Source: Candidatus Latescibacterota bacterium (GTDB taxonomy: Bacteria; Latescibacterota; UBA2968; UBA8231). From it: 64,000 bases of DNA. This document shows, one piece after another, positions 31,561 through 41,873 of this stretch; positions within the stretch are counted from its first letter, which is position 1, and the number at the start of each line of letters is the position of its first letter. The stretch spans positions 416,001 to 480,000 of the forward strand of contig CBDFJF010000001.1 in the NCBI GenBank assembly GCA_965248265.1. Reading direction: 5' to 3'. The notes beneath the pieces were generated by a model. The model ran no database searches and had not been told where the DNA came from. It worked only from the letters and a program-made list of their open reading frames with translations. The position numbers and the translations under genes are program-made.

Positions 31561-32841
31561 TCACCGCGTCATCGCAAACCGGTTGGGTTCGAACAGGGCT
31601 TCCAGGGTGCGGGTGATGCCGGCACGGGTTACGGCTCGTCCGCCGCGATGCAGGTCCAGGTACTTGTCGGCCAGGACCTTCGACAGAATCTCGCGAAACC
31701 GTTTCCACTTCGGAACCAGGTTCTCCATGACTCGGGCATCCGAGTTGAAGGCGATGAAGCGGGCGCCCATCATTTCCAGGCGCATGCGCAAGTCGGCTTC
31801 CACCAGGCCGGGGTGCAGGTTGAACCACCAGTGACCGACGACGATGACGTTGTCGAAGTGACAGGTCATGACGCTGGCGTCGTACTGATTGGCGTTGTGC
31901 AGAGGGGTGATGAAGAAGGCGTTGCGCGGGTGTTGCTGGATCAGTTGCTGATAGGGGCTCATGTCGCACAGACCGACGCCATCTCCGGCATCGCCCCAGG
32001 CCGGCGACAGCTGACGGATGGGCCCGGGCATCATGAAAAAGGGCAATTTCAGCTCTGCCAGAAATGGCAACACCGCGTGATGGAGGATGGAGCCCTCCTG
32101 GGTCTGGGTATCGTTGACTCGACAAGTGGGAGGGAAGGAGCAGGCGCCGTAGACGACGTTGTGAAGCTTGCCGTGCCAGTCTGACAGAAAGCGACGGATC
32201 TCCGCCACCGAAGTGGCGGATGCCGGATCGTCGTCGACTTCATAACCCCAGGATTTCAATTTGGGGACGGCACGCGGATAGTGCAGGACGAGCTCATCCA
32301 GGCGAAAAGCAGAGTAGTATCGATCGTCCCATTCGCCGCTCTCGTAGAACTCGCGCTCATCGTCATTGAACACATCCTGGGTGCCGACGATACGGTTGAC
32401 GCCAGCCAGTTGCATGCAGCGCTGCTGGATCGTTTCCGGGTCCGTGTCAGCGTAAAATTCGCGCGCTTCCGTCAAGGTCGACGCATTGGGGTCCAGGCCG
32501 AGCTCCCTCATCGCCACACTCACCCCGTGACAACCCTCGTCAAAGCCGTCGGAAGGGGCGTCCACGAACAGCGTCTGCCAGGTAAAATCGCCCTGTTTTT
32601 CGAGATCCCAGCTGCCGAACTCCGCAGGGGAGACATGTCCTCCCGCGAAGAGCTTGCGTCTCACGTAATGGTACGTGAGCAGACGGTCCACTCCATGCAG
32701 GGACAGTGAGGGACCGGCGAGGGGGCTCAACAGGTGGGTATGCCAGTCATCGACGATCAACCGTTGCGGTCCCGCTTCCTCTTCTACGACGGCAGCAATC
32801 TCATCGGCCGTGAGCGGGGCGTCATCTGGTGATGCGCTCAC
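31561..32841 (-). CDS. Uronate (glucuronate) isomerase-like amidohydrolase
   Basis: DWHTHL, LLTYHY, WWF, SDARV; GTG start. Confidence 0.78.
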   Translation of the reverse strand: MSASPDDAPLTADEIAAVVEEEAGPQRLIVDDWHTHLLSPLAGPSLSLHGVDRLLTYHYVRRKLFAGGHVSPAEFGSWDLEKQGDFTWQTLFVDAPSDGFDEGCHGVSVAMRELGLDPNASTLTEAREFYADTDPETIQQRCMQLAGVNRIVGTQDVFNDDEREFYESGEWDDRYYSAFRLDELVLHYPRAVPKLKSWGYEVDDDPASATSVAEIRRFLSDWHGKLHNVVYGACSFPPTCRVNDTQTQEGSILHHAVLPFLAELKLPFFMMPGPIRQLSPAWGDAGDGVGLCDMSPYQQLIQQHPRNAFFITPLHNANQYDASVMTCHFDNVIVVGHWWFNLHPGLVEADLRMRLEMMGARFIAFNSDARVMENLVPKWKRFREILSKVLADKYLDLHRGGRAVTRAGITRTLEALFEPNRFAMTR

Positions 32842-32853
32842 GTCGCAGTATCC

Positions 32854-33198
32854 TCATTCAACGTCGTCCTCCTCTTCATCATTTTCCAAACCAGGTGGTC
32901 CAGGGAGCTTCTCGCCGCGCAAGTGCTGGTACAGCTTCTCGAGATCGTCGTAGACCGATTCCAGCAGGTGTCCGATCGAGGACTGTCTCCCCTGCGCTCG
33001 TGACATGGCCTCGTTGATCTGACTCTTCGTCTTCTGCAAATTTTCGATCTGCTGTTCAAGCCCGCGTTCCTGATTGCGCAGCGACATCAGAGCGGTCCGC
33101 ATGCGGGCAAGCCTCACTTCAGTAGTTTCACGAAGCACCAGGCAGCCGATGAGCAAAGCTATTCCAACGCCGCCGAATATGAGAAGTTGAGGATCCAC
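32854..33198 (-). CDS. Membrane-anchored coiled-coil hypothetical protein
   Basis: N-terminal TM helix, heptad region, acidic tail. Confidence 0.7.
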   Translation of the reverse strand: MDPQLLIFGGVGIALLIGCLVLRETTEVRLARMRTALMSLRNQERGLEQQIENLQKTKSQINEAMSRAQGRQSSIGHLLESVYDDLEKLYQHLRGEKLPGPPGLENDEEEDDVE

Positions 33199-33740
33199 TA
33201 CTTGCTTTCAATCTTCTCGCCGGAGCTGAGTCTGGACGCTGTGTGCTGAATGATCTCGATGTCGCGGCGAATGCCACTCATGTAGTCATGGGCGTCTTCG
33301 AGCTCGTGGCGGATAGACTGAACCAACTCCACTGGATGTACTCGGTCGCTGTCGAGATCGACCGTGTATAGTCCGCCGACCTTGCCGATGATGCCGTCCC
33401 CCATCCCCTCCTCCTCCTCCTCCTCCTCCTCTTCCGCGTCAGGCTCTTCAACTCCCTGGGCCTCGTGCGCCTCGGCGTCCAGTTCGGCGGCGGTATTGCC
33501 GGCGTAGCCGCAGCGAACCGTCTGCTCGGCCATCAGCTTTTCCAGCTTGGAGACGCCTTCTTCACTCGATCCGCGTATCTGTTGACCGAGCTCCTGCAGG
33601 TTGTCCTTGTGTTTCTTGATACGCTGGTTCAGGGGATCCTGCACCAGAAACATGCGGTGGGCCCTCGTGCGATAGCTCATCAGAAGCTTCAGCAATATGA
33701 CCACTTCGCATACCAGTACGACCACGATGATCCAGATCAT
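33198..33740 (-). CDS. Membrane-anchored coiled-coil hypothetical protein with poly-Glu tract
   Basis: N-terminal TM helix; stop abuts next start; E9 run. Confidence 0.7.
   Translation of the reverse strand: MIWIIVVVLVCEVVILLKLLMSYRTRAHRMFLVQDPLNQRIKKHKDNLQELGQQIRGSSEEGVSKLEKLMAEQTVRCGYAGNTAAELDAEAHEAQGVEEPDAEEEEEEEEEGMGDGIIGKVGGLYTVDLDSDRVHPVELVQSIRHELEDAHDYMSGIRRDIEIIQHTASRLSSGEKIESK
33408..33431. repeat. (CTC)8 trinucleotide tract, in frame (poly-Glu on minus strand)
   Basis: ctcctcctcctcctcctcctcctc. Confidence 0.85.
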
Positions 33741-33936
33741 GATACACTGCCCACGTCAGTATGGAGATCAGAGGTTTCGATCGTGATACGGTTTTTCATG
33801 TTCGGGCCTGGTTGCTGAACCCTCAATTGCGAGAGCCGTTGCAGGGAAAATCTCCGAGTACCATCAAAAATAGCGATTGCAGGTGTAGTCTGCGACTCGG
33901 AATCTGCAGGGCAGAGGGAGGTTGAAGGAACCGTCC

Positions 33937-34701
33937 TCAGCGGACGCAGCCGGGATAGCTCTTTCCCTTGATGGGAAAATACTCGGGTTCCTCACCATCG
34001 CCGCTGTAGTGCGCTCGGGCCGACATGTACGACAAGGCGATGGCGCGACGCCAGGCGGAGGAGCGGTTCGGAGCCGTGTAGTGGGGCAGGAGCGAGTGGA
34101 AGAACACGCCACCGCCTGCCCGCACCGGTGCCATGACCATGTCATCGAAATCGAACTGGCCATCCTCGACGACGAAATCGTCCGTCACCGACACGTGGGG
34201 CAGTGCACCCTTCTTGTGCCATCCGGGGATGACACCGAGGCAGCCATTCTCCTCAGTCGCGTCATCCAGGGCGAACCAACAGGAGCACAGGTCCATCGGC
34301 TCGATGGGCCAGTACGGAGAGTCCTGGTGCATGCCCTTCTGAGAGCCAACCTGCGGCGGCTTCAGCAGTAAGGCGTTCCTGAACATCTTGAGGTCGGAAC
34401 CCAGAATCTGCTCGAGGATGCCGACGATGTTGGGATTCAACCCGAGGGCATGGAACAGGTCATCCCCTTCTACAAGGCCGCTGACCTTGCGAACGCCGTC
34501 GCCGGGATGTGCCACCTCCAGTTCACCGCGTGAGACGCGGGGTTCGGCCTGAAGGGTCACTGCGTCGGAGCGTCGATCTCCGTGGGTGTATTCACGCAGG
34601 CGCACGCCCAGAGCCTCGACATCCTCATCCGGAAGCAGGTTCTCAACCACGAAAAAACCATCGTGGTGGTAGGCGTCAAGTTGATCTTGGGATAAGGTCA
34701 T
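33937..34701 (-). CDS. Phytanoyl-CoA dioxygenase (PhyH) family 2OG-Fe(II) oxygenase
   Basis: HQDSPYW, WFALDD...NGCL, H...NRS...RRA. Confidence 0.9.
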   Translation of the reverse strand: MTLSQDQLDAYHHDGFFVVENLLPDEDVEALGVRLREYTHGDRRSDAVTLQAEPRVSRGELEVAHPGDGVRKVSGLVEGDDLFHALGLNPNIVGILEQILGSDLKMFRNALLLKPPQVGSQKGMHQDSPYWPIEPMDLCSCWFALDDATEENGCLGVIPGWHKKGALPHVSVTDDFVVEDGQFDFDDMVMAPVRAGGGVFFHSLLPHYTAPNRSSAWRRAIALSYMSARAHYSGDGEEPEYFPIKGKSYPGCVR

Positions 34702-34915
34702 TGGGGTTAAAGCTGACGAATATTTCTCGGAAAGCAACCCTGATTCCGCTCGCTCCTAAGGTTGCGATTTCGCGGCATGCCGATTCATGCGCATTGCAAC
34801 CGATGGGCCTACGCACTAACCTGATCCTTGTTCGAACGCAGACAACACGTGTGGGCACGTAGACACATGGTATTCGCACGTAGACTTCCATCCGTCGCCG
34901 GAGTTTTTCGATACG

Positions 34916-35698
34916 ATGTACCAGACAATGCACAAATTTCGTGAGATGCTCGACTCGGGTCGCCTTTGTCTCGGCTCAGGAATCACCCTCTCCGATATCG
35001 CCGTGACCGAGGCCCTGGGTCCGAGTGTGGATTTCTTCTGGATAGACACCGAGCACTCTCCGATCGGTTATGAGGCGCTGGCAGCTCATCTGGTGGCGGC
35101 GCGAGCAACCGGGACGCCGGCGCTGGTGCGCACTCCCAGTTCAGAGAAATCGCTCGTCAAACGAGTCCTCGATGTCGGGGCACCCGGCGTGATAGTCCCT
35201 CAGGTCGAATCGGCCGATGAGGTGCGTCAGTTCGTTCGGGAGTGCCGTTACCCGCCCGAGGGTCGCCGTGGATTCGGACCACGCCGTCCATCAAACTACG
35301 GGCGTGAGGGCGGACGGCAGTTTCTGGACGAGGCGAATCGCGGCGTCTTCGTGGTGGCGCAGATCGAGCGTGTGGCGGCAGTGCAACAGCTGGATGAGAT
35401 CCTGGCGATTCCGGGATTGGACTCGATCGTTCTGGGTGGCCACGACCTGGCTCACGACATGGGCCATGCCGGCGATGAGTCGAATGTTGAAGTGCGTAAG
35501 ACCATCGAAGATGTGGTGACTCGTGGCCGCAAGGCCGGTCTTTACGTTGGCATGGGGATGGATGAAGACCCCGAACAGATTGTGTGGGCGGCGGGTATCG
35601 GAATTCAGTGGGTTCAACCGGGCGGGGATTGCAGCTACATGGTGTCCGGATGCGATGCGTTGTTCACGACCGTTCGCCAGGCGCTGGGCGAGAGGTAA
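34916..35698 (+). CDS. HpcH/HpaI aldolase family protein
   Basis: IDTEH, LDVGA.G..VP, RYPPEG.RG, AQIE, G..DL. Confidence 0.9.
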   Translation: MYQTMHKFREMLDSGRLCLGSGITLSDIAVTEALGPSVDFFWIDTEHSPIGYEALAAHLVAARATGTPALVRTPSSEKSLVKRVLDVGAPGVIVPQVESADEVRQFVRECRYPPEGRRGFGPRRPSNYGREGGRQFLDEANRGVFVVAQIERVAAVQQLDEILAIPGLDSIVLGGHDLAHDMGHAGDESNVEVRKTIEDVVTRGRKAGLYVGMGMDEDPEQIVWAAGIGIQWVQPGGDCSYMVSGCDALFTTVRQALGER

Positions 35699-35743
35699 GG
35701 GAGGAATTACCTCAGTCGAGTACGGCGCGGATGTGGGCGATCT

Positions 35744-36361
35744 TCACGGCGACATCAGGCGGATCAGGGAGTCTTTCGGATCCAGGTGGGGGATCACCTT
35801 CTCGAGGAAGGTGGCCAGCAGTTGCTCGGGCGATAAATCCGAAGTGTCGATTTCCAGACGGCGATGGATCCAGGACTGCTGCACCTCCTCCCGGAAGCGT
35901 TGGAGGATCTCGTCTACATCGGAAGAGGGCACCAGCGGTTTCGGGTGTGGCGCTCTCTCCATGCGCTGCTGGATGACTTCGGTCCGGGCGTGCAGATGAA
36001 CCAGTATCACATCATCGGGCAACTCTGGTTCGTACTGACGGACTTCGACGCTCATACCCGGGTAATAATAACGCGGTCCGTAAACGGCCTCCTCGATGTG
36101 AAAACCACCAAGCAGGCAGTGCTGGTGCCGGTCTAACACGCGGATGTGGTAGACGATCTGAAAACGCTGGAAGCGTTCCTTAATGGCCGGTAACATCTCC
36201 ATCATGGCCTGCTGCTCCTCAGCGACGAGGTGGTAGGCATCCGGGATCGTGAAGTGGTCGTCGAGGTGGTGGTGGATTCCCCTGCTTTTACCCCACTGAT
36301 CGATCTGGTCGATCAGGGTGCTGACACCGGAATACTCGCAGCCGACGGCGACGATGCGCAT
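35744..36361 (-). CDS. Hypothetical protein with nucleotide-kinase-like fold and degenerate P-loop
   Basis: MRIVAVGCEYSGVSTL, C-terminal IDTS. Confidence 0.7.
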   Translation of the reverse strand: MRIVAVGCEYSGVSTLIDQIDQWGKSRGIHHHLDDHFTIPDAYHLVAEEQQAMMEMLPAIKERFQRFQIVYHIRVLDRHQHCLLGGFHIEEAVYGPRYYYPGMSVEVRQYEPELPDDVILVHLHARTEVIQQRMERAPHPKPLVPSSDVDEILQRFREEVQQSWIHRRLEIDTSDLSPEQLLATFLEKVIPHLDPKDSLIRLMSP

Positions 36362-36483
36362 GGGCGGGCTCCCGTTGGGTTCGGTTGTGCGCGGATTCGT
36401 CAAACACGGACAGAATCGTAATGCATCTCACACGAGCGAGCCAGCAGGTTCAGCCGGGACTCCGCCATCGTGGGATCGACTGC

Positions 36484-37938
36484 CTATCTGATAGTCGCTT
36501 TGACGGCGCCCCAGCTGGTGGCTCGAATGGCTGTGCCCTGTCCGTCGGCGGCGGCCTCCTCTTGCGAGTCGAGTGCCTGGGTCAACTCGTCCCAGGCCTC
36601 ACTGCTCGAGAGTCCATCGTCATCGACGCGTGAGGCCAGGTTGCTGCGCAGGGCCAGCAATACTCCGCTGTCCGCAGCATCCCTTTCTGACACGTGTTCG
36701 GGGGCGCCGGAATCAGGAGCGCCAAAGGGGATGTCCCAGCCCTGTTCTCCGGCCACCGCTGCCAGTCGTTCCCAGGCCTCTTGCGGGGTCAAATCGCCGT
36801 TTTCTATCAGCACGGCCAGCTCGCGCAACAGTTCCATCATCTCCAGCTCTGCCGGGGTCGGCTTGTACTCCGGAGGCATTGGCCGCGGTTCGGTAGGTGA
36901 AGTATCCGGTCCGGGCAGGATGACGATGGTTCCATCCTCGTCAATCAATCCCAGCTCGTCGGCCGCGTCGTAAAACAGCTGCTTGGCTTCTTCTTCCGTC
37001 AACGTGCCCTCTTGGACCTGGCGGTTGAGATCTTCGCGCAATGCCAACAGCTTCTCCTCGTCCGGGTTTGGCTGCGGCTCAGGATCGATGGGGGTGATCT
37101 CGCTCCCTTCGATGATGCCGAGGGACCTGGCTATGTGTAGCAATTCCTCCTGAAGATCCTTTACCTCAAACTCGTCTGCCGCGTACCACATGCTGAAGTC
37201 CCGTGCCATGTACACGAGTTCGGCCTGATCCATCGACAGGTTCATCTCCGGATTGGGCTGGATCTCAACGTTCTCGCCATTTTCGAGGAACTCGGCGAAG
37301 GCGGTAACCTGCTCCCGCACCTGTTCCGTCGTTAACGCCTCGTTCTGCGCCAGAAATCCCAATATCTCTTCGAAGCGCCGGAGTGACGTTTCGGGATCGA
37401 CCTGCGGCATCGGTCGCGGCTCCTCCGGTTCCACCGGGCGCCCGTCGATGGTCTCAATCAATCCCAATTCGATCATGAAATCGATCAACTGGGCGTCTGC
37501 TTCATCAGCAGATAGCTCACCGGACTGTACCTGCGAATCCAATTCCTCAAGGAAGTCCTCCAGTAACCGTTCGCGCTCGTCGATTTCATCGATGTCGATG
37601 TCGATGACGTCATCGGGTTCACGGCCAAAGCCGAGGCTCTCCGCCAGTTCTTCAAACAGTACCAGCGCCTCATCCCACGTCAACTCGCCGGCTTCGACGC
37701 GTTCGGCCAACTCGGCGCGAAAGGCGATCAGCTCTTCTTCTTCCGGACTCACCTCCTGTCCCGGTTCCGGGGCAGGTTGGAAACCTCCGTCACCGTCCGG
37801 CTCCCGCTCGTCTGTGCCGGTAACCACAGAGGAAGAGCTGCCCGAGCCTTCAGTCGGAGAATCGCCGTCGGCCGCAACCTGCGCCATGGCCAGTCCCGGG
37901 ATCATCAACAATGACAAGATCAAGAGCCGTTTCATCAC
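36484..37938 (-). CDS. Secreted acidic helical-repeat protein with C-terminal TAIRATSWGAVK tail
   Basis: GAGGAG SD, signal peptide ending AMA, repeated ..V..G.LT..EA units. Confidence 0.8.
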   Translation of the reverse strand: MMKRLLILSLLMIPGLAMAQVAADGDSPTEGSGSSSSVVTGTDEREPDGDGGFQPAPEPGQEVSPEEEELIAFRAELAERVEAGELTWDEALVLFEELAESLGFGREPDDVIDIDIDEIDERERLLEDFLEELDSQVQSGELSADEADAQLIDFMIELGLIETIDGRPVEPEEPRPMPQVDPETSLRRFEEILGFLAQNEALTTEQVREQVTAFAEFLENGENVEIQPNPEMNLSMDQAELVYMARDFSMWYAADEFEVKDLQEELLHIARSLGIIEGSEITPIDPEPQPNPDEEKLLALREDLNRQVQEGTLTEEEAKQLFYDAADELGLIDEDGTIVILPGPDTSPTEPRPMPPEYKPTPAELEMMELLRELAVLIENGDLTPQEAWERLAAVAGEQGWDIPFGAPDSGAPEHVSERDAADSGVLLALRSNLASRVDDDGLSSSEAWDELTQALDSQEEAAADGQGTAIRATSWGAVKATIR

Positions 37939-38088
37939 TTATCTCCTCAATCTCAAGTAGCCGGTTCGTGCGGTGCGTCGGGGGAAGCAGTCGCAAAGAC
38001 ACCAACCATCCCTTGCACCTGTTCGTTTCTATGGAACACCCATCACGGCTGAAAGTGTCACTTGGAAGGGGCGACTATGCCCGGCGGA

Positions 38089-39363
38089 TTACGACATACA
38101 GGACACGATCGACAGGGTTTTGTCGATGACGAGGCGCTCCACGTCCTTCGTGAACGGAGCCGGGCGCAGGAAGTAGCGGTACGAGCCGTCGACCTCATAG
38201 CCGCCAAGGTCATAGGCGTTTTCGCTGGGTACGTAACCGATGAGGCCATTGCTGTACCCGGCGGTCACGGTGTGTGCCGGCTGCAGCCGGTGCTTGAGGT
38301 GCATGCCGATTTCGGAGAGAATTTCGCCGCCGAGGAAGACAACGCGCAACTCAGGATTCAGTTGCAGAATCTGGATTTCCTGCACACAGGAGGAGGGTAT
38401 GCCGCCGGCCTTGTCCAGCGACAGCATGGCCCGGGCCCACTTGCGAAAGTTGGGGTCAGATCCGGCCTCTGCCTCAGACATCGATTCACGAGAAGGTAAA
38501 TCGGTGTAGGGCAGGTTGTGGTAGTCGCTGGCGAGCTGGAGGTCGCCGGCATCAATCTCCGCGGCTCCGTCACGGCTGGCCAGGACGTCGTCGGCCATTT
38601 CAACGCCGACCGCTTCGAGCTCGGCGAGCGAGGGTCTGCTGAAGTCCTTGCCGGCATCTTTGGTGTACCAGGGCTTGACGTCCCCTCCGCAACCGGCGGC
38701 AAAGAATGCGGGCGCGCCCGTGGCCTGTTCGAGCGCCGTGCACAGGTAACCGGGATAGTCAGGGCCGACCATGTGATCACCCAGGCTGGTGGCGTGGCAG
38801 CCGAATACGGTAAGCGTTCCAAGAAGGCCGCCGTCGCTCGCGGCAAACCACAGGGTGTCCAGGTCCCGGTCGATGGAGCCGTCGGGGTACGGCGCAAATT
38901 CGACACCGCCTCTGCCATCGGGCAGGCGCCGGTTCACGCCAAATTCCGAGCGTCCCCGAGAGCATCGGATGCCACCATCCACCGCATTGGCACATGCCCC
39001 AATCGCTATCTCGACGAGGCGTTTTTCCAAGAATTGGGCATAGTCGGACTCGATTTCACCCGGCAGCCCCCAGGGGTAGAAGTAGGGCCCGCCATGGGTG
39101 TGCGTGGCCGTCAGTACGATCTGGCGCGGCAACAGACCGGTCACCTCGCCGATCCGCAACTTGATCCGGGCAGCCGTGGGCAGGTCGAAACCGATGAGGT
39201 CGGCGGTGATGATCAAACCGGCATCGATCTGACCTTTGAGATAGACGGCCCCAGCCCGCAGGGGGTGATAGACACCTTCCGACTTGTGGTCTCGGTGCCC
39301 GTACCCGGTGAGCCAAACAGATTCGCCGGGCGTTATATCACCGCGTGCGACCCCGACCTTCAT
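38089..39363 (-). CDS. Neutral/alkaline ceramidase-like hydrolase
   Basis: DITP..V.L.GY, ATHTHGGP, GVNRR, CHAT, DYPG, GYSNG..GYVP. Confidence 0.82.
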   Translation of the reverse strand: MKVGVARGDITPGESVWLTGYGHRDHKSEGVYHPLRAGAVYLKGQIDAGLIITADLIGFDLPTAARIKLRIGEVTGLLPRQIVLTATHTHGGPYFYPWGLPGEIESDYAQFLEKRLVEIAIGACANAVDGGIRCSRGRSEFGVNRRLPDGRGGVEFAPYPDGSIDRDLDTLWFAASDGGLLGTLTVFGCHATSLGDHMVGPDYPGYLCTALEQATGAPAFFAAGCGGDVKPWYTKDAGKDFSRPSLAELEAVGVEMADDVLASRDGAAEIDAGDLQLASDYHNLPYTDLPSRESMSEAEAGSDPNFRKWARAMLSLDKAGGIPSSCVQEIQILQLNPELRVVFLGGEILSEIGMHLKHRLQPAHTVTAGYSNGLIGYVPSENAYDLGGYEVDGSYRYFLRPAPFTKDVERLVIDKTLSIVSCMS

Positions 39364-40580
39364 AGCTTGTCCGCGTGCTCTCGGGTTTTGGCGATGGCAT
39401 TGGCGATGTCGCGGGTATCACCTTCTTCGCCCAGCAGCAGATTCTGGGTGAGCCAGACGGACTCTTCGGCACAGATGCGCTCGGTTACGGGGTACTCGAA
39501 GCGGCTGTAATCCGGCTTGCCGGAAAAATAGGGTGTCTCGAGGGGGTAGTCGGTGAACGAATTGGTGAAAGCCGCCTCTCGATACAGCGGTCGGTACCCG
39601 GACGCGCACGGTATGCCCTCGGCATTCAGGGCTTCGAGGAAGCGCTCTCTTACAACTCCGCCGAAACCTTCCGAGTCGAAGCGCAAGATGTAGAGATGAT
39701 AGGCGTGCGTCGTCACCCGGTCGTCCGTTCTATACGGCGTGACGCCCTCGATACCGGCAAGCAGGGAGGTGAGCATCTGGGCATTTCGCGTGCGTGTTGC
39801 CATCTGCTCATCCAGGTGCTGCAGCTGGGACAGCAACAAGGCAGCATGGAATTCGGACATACGGTAGTTGCTCCCCAGGCGGGGGTGTTCGTACCAGGCT
39901 CCCGCGCGCGAGCGGCCACAGTTGTGGTACGACCAAGCCCGGTCGGCGAGCTCACGGTCGTTGCTGATGACAGCCCCACCTTCTCCTGCAGTCAGGTTCT
40001 TGCTGGCCTGGAAGCTGAAGGTGCCGAGATCGCCAATAGCCCCGACCTTGCGGCCTTTCCAGGCAGCACCGTGCGCTTGAGCCGCGTCTTCGATGAGGGC
40101 GATATCGCGATCCTTGAGGAGCTCCCCGAGGGCGTCGAGATCGGCCGGTTGGCCGCCGATGTGGACGGCAATGACGGCTCGAGTTCGCTCCGTCAGTGCC
40201 TCCTGAGCGCTCGCGGGGTCGATGTTGTAGGTGTCATTGAGGATGTCGACGAAAATGGGTACGCCACCGACGGCGGCTACCGCGGATGCTGTCGCCACGA
40301 AGGTGTAGGATGGTACGATCACCTCATCGCCGGGGCCGACTCCAACGGCGGACAAAGCTACCTGCAGCGCCGTGGTGCCACTGTTGAGAGAGATGCCGTA
40401 CTCTGCTTCCTGGAAGGCGGCAAAGGTGGCTTCGAACTCGTCGATTCGATCGGCCATGCCCCATCGTCCGGAATGGAGCACTCCGGCAACGGCCCCCTCG
40501 TCGGTTTTACCAAATTGTGGCCAGGAGGGGAAGGGCGTCGTCCTGGTGGGGGATCCACCGTTGACGGCGAGGTCAGTCAT
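39360..40580 (-). CDS. DegT/DnrJ/EryC1/StrS PLP aminotransferase
   Basis: NSGTTAL, GDEVIVP, EDAAQAHGA, FSFQASKNL..GEGG. Confidence 0.93.
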   Translation of the reverse strand: MTDLAVNGGSPTRTTPFPSWPQFGKTDEGAVAGVLHSGRWGMADRIDEFEATFAAFQEAEYGISLNSGTTALQVALSAVGVGPGDEVIVPSYTFVATASAVAAVGGVPIFVDILNDTYNIDPASAQEALTERTRAVIAVHIGGQPADLDALGELLKDRDIALIEDAAQAHGAAWKGRKVGAIGDLGTFSFQASKNLTAGEGGAVISNDRELADRAWSYHNCGRSRAGAWYEHPRLGSNYRMSEFHAALLLSQLQHLDEQMATRTRNAQMLTSLLAGIEGVTPYRTDDRVTTHAYHLYILRFDSEGFGGVVRERFLEALNAEGIPCASGYRPLYREAAFTNSFTDYPLETPYFSGKPDYSRFEYPVTERICAEESVWLTQNLLLGEEGDTRDIANAIAKTREHADKL

Positions 40581-40667
40581 CGTGTTTCTCCGGTTATGGT
40601 CGGCGCGAGTTACATCTTCAAGATGTACTCGTGTCCATCAATATAACCGGGTCAACGGAGGGTTCAA

Positions 40668-41873
40668 TCAGGCGGCGAGATCCTCTTCGATAGCGACGTC
40701 TTCGCCAAACATCTCCCGCAGAATTTCCCGCTGCTCTGCGTAGGTGCGCATCTCGTAAGCCTCAGGGCGCAATTCTTCGTGCGTGACGAGATACTCAGTC
40801 CACGTCGGTATCTCTTCGCCTTCATCATCGGTGGCGGCCCCATCACCGGTGGCGGCCTCATCGCTGGATTGACCGAGGATCTCCGCGTCCAGTTCTGCCT
40901 GCAGCTCTACCTCATCGACCGGAGCAACCGCCGGTTGCAGGGTTTCGGCCCATTGGACGCAGAACTCTTCGACTGCCTGGGTAACAGCATTACCGTGAAT
41001 GCTGCGTTCAAAGGTAGAGGCAATTACGTGGGCGGACAGCCGATCGAGATCCGGGGAAGTCTCTTCGAGAATGACTTCAACCAGTTCGTGCAAGATCAGG
41101 GTCTCGAAGATGGTGAACCCTTTCTTGGTGCGGCCCCCTTCCTCACCGTCGCCGGCCTGCCATTCATCCATGTACTCATGCAGACCACCGAGCAGGTGAA
41201 TGGCCCCCTCGCGTTCGTAGGCGACGCTTCGGGACTCGAGCAGCGGATACTGAACACTGTGATCGGCTTTGTCTATCACTCTCGTAAAGATCGACAAACG
41301 TGTCTGGTGCCCCGGGTCCAGGCGTTTGGCCATCGTCCGACCAACTTCGACCGGCCTGTTGATGATGGAATCCAGCAAGCTGTCAGCGCGCGGGCTCCAG
41401 ATCTCCATCAGCCGACGTACCTGCTGGGTGCAGGCTACCTCATCAGCCTCATCAGCCGGGTCCGCGACTACGGCCTGCAGCTTGGTTTTTCGGGCTTCGG
41501 CCGACTCTCCTCGGCGAAAATGGAAGGAACCTGTGTGCTTCAACACGGCGAGGCGATCCACCGGAGTTTCGCAGAATCTAGCCAATGCATTCAGCAGCTG
41601 GTACAGTCTCTTTTCGGGATTTGGCGCCGACCGCATGGCGGCTTGAGGCTGCAGGCCGAGCAGTTGGCTGCGCAGCCGCGTCATCATGTTCACCCATGGA
41701 CCGATCTGCCTTCCCGCTTCCTGATCGTAGGCGCATCGCGGATTGGGATCGGCGGCCTCGAGCTCCTCGAGTGCTGCCGTCTCTGGCATCGCTGTGCCGC
41801 CATACCAGAATCTAGGTGCCGCCAATGCCTTGCTGTCGCGGTTCTGGGAAGTTGATGTGATCGAATCGGCCAT
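40668..41873 (-). CDS. Hypothetical protein (HELVE motif, acidic C-terminus)
   Basis: 401-aa ORF with plausible RBS and an AT-rich upstream region. Confidence 0.65.
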   Translation of the reverse strand: MADSITSTSQNRDSKALAAPRFWYGGTAMPETAALEELEAADPNPRCAYDQEAGRQIGPWVNMMTRLRSQLLGLQPQAAMRSAPNPEKRLYQLLNALARFCETPVDRLAVLKHTGSFHFRRGESAEARKTKLQAVVADPADEADEVACTQQVRRLMEIWSPRADSLLDSIINRPVEVGRTMAKRLDPGHQTRLSIFTRVIDKADHSVQYPLLESRSVAYEREGAIHLLGGLHEYMDEWQAGDGEEGGRTKKGFTIFETLILHELVEVILEETSPDLDRLSAHVIASTFERSIHGNAVTQAVEEFCVQWAETLQPAVAPVDEVELQAELDAEILGQSSDEAATGDGAATDDEGEEIPTWTEYLVTHEELRPEAYEMRTYAEQREILREMFGEDVAIEEDLAA

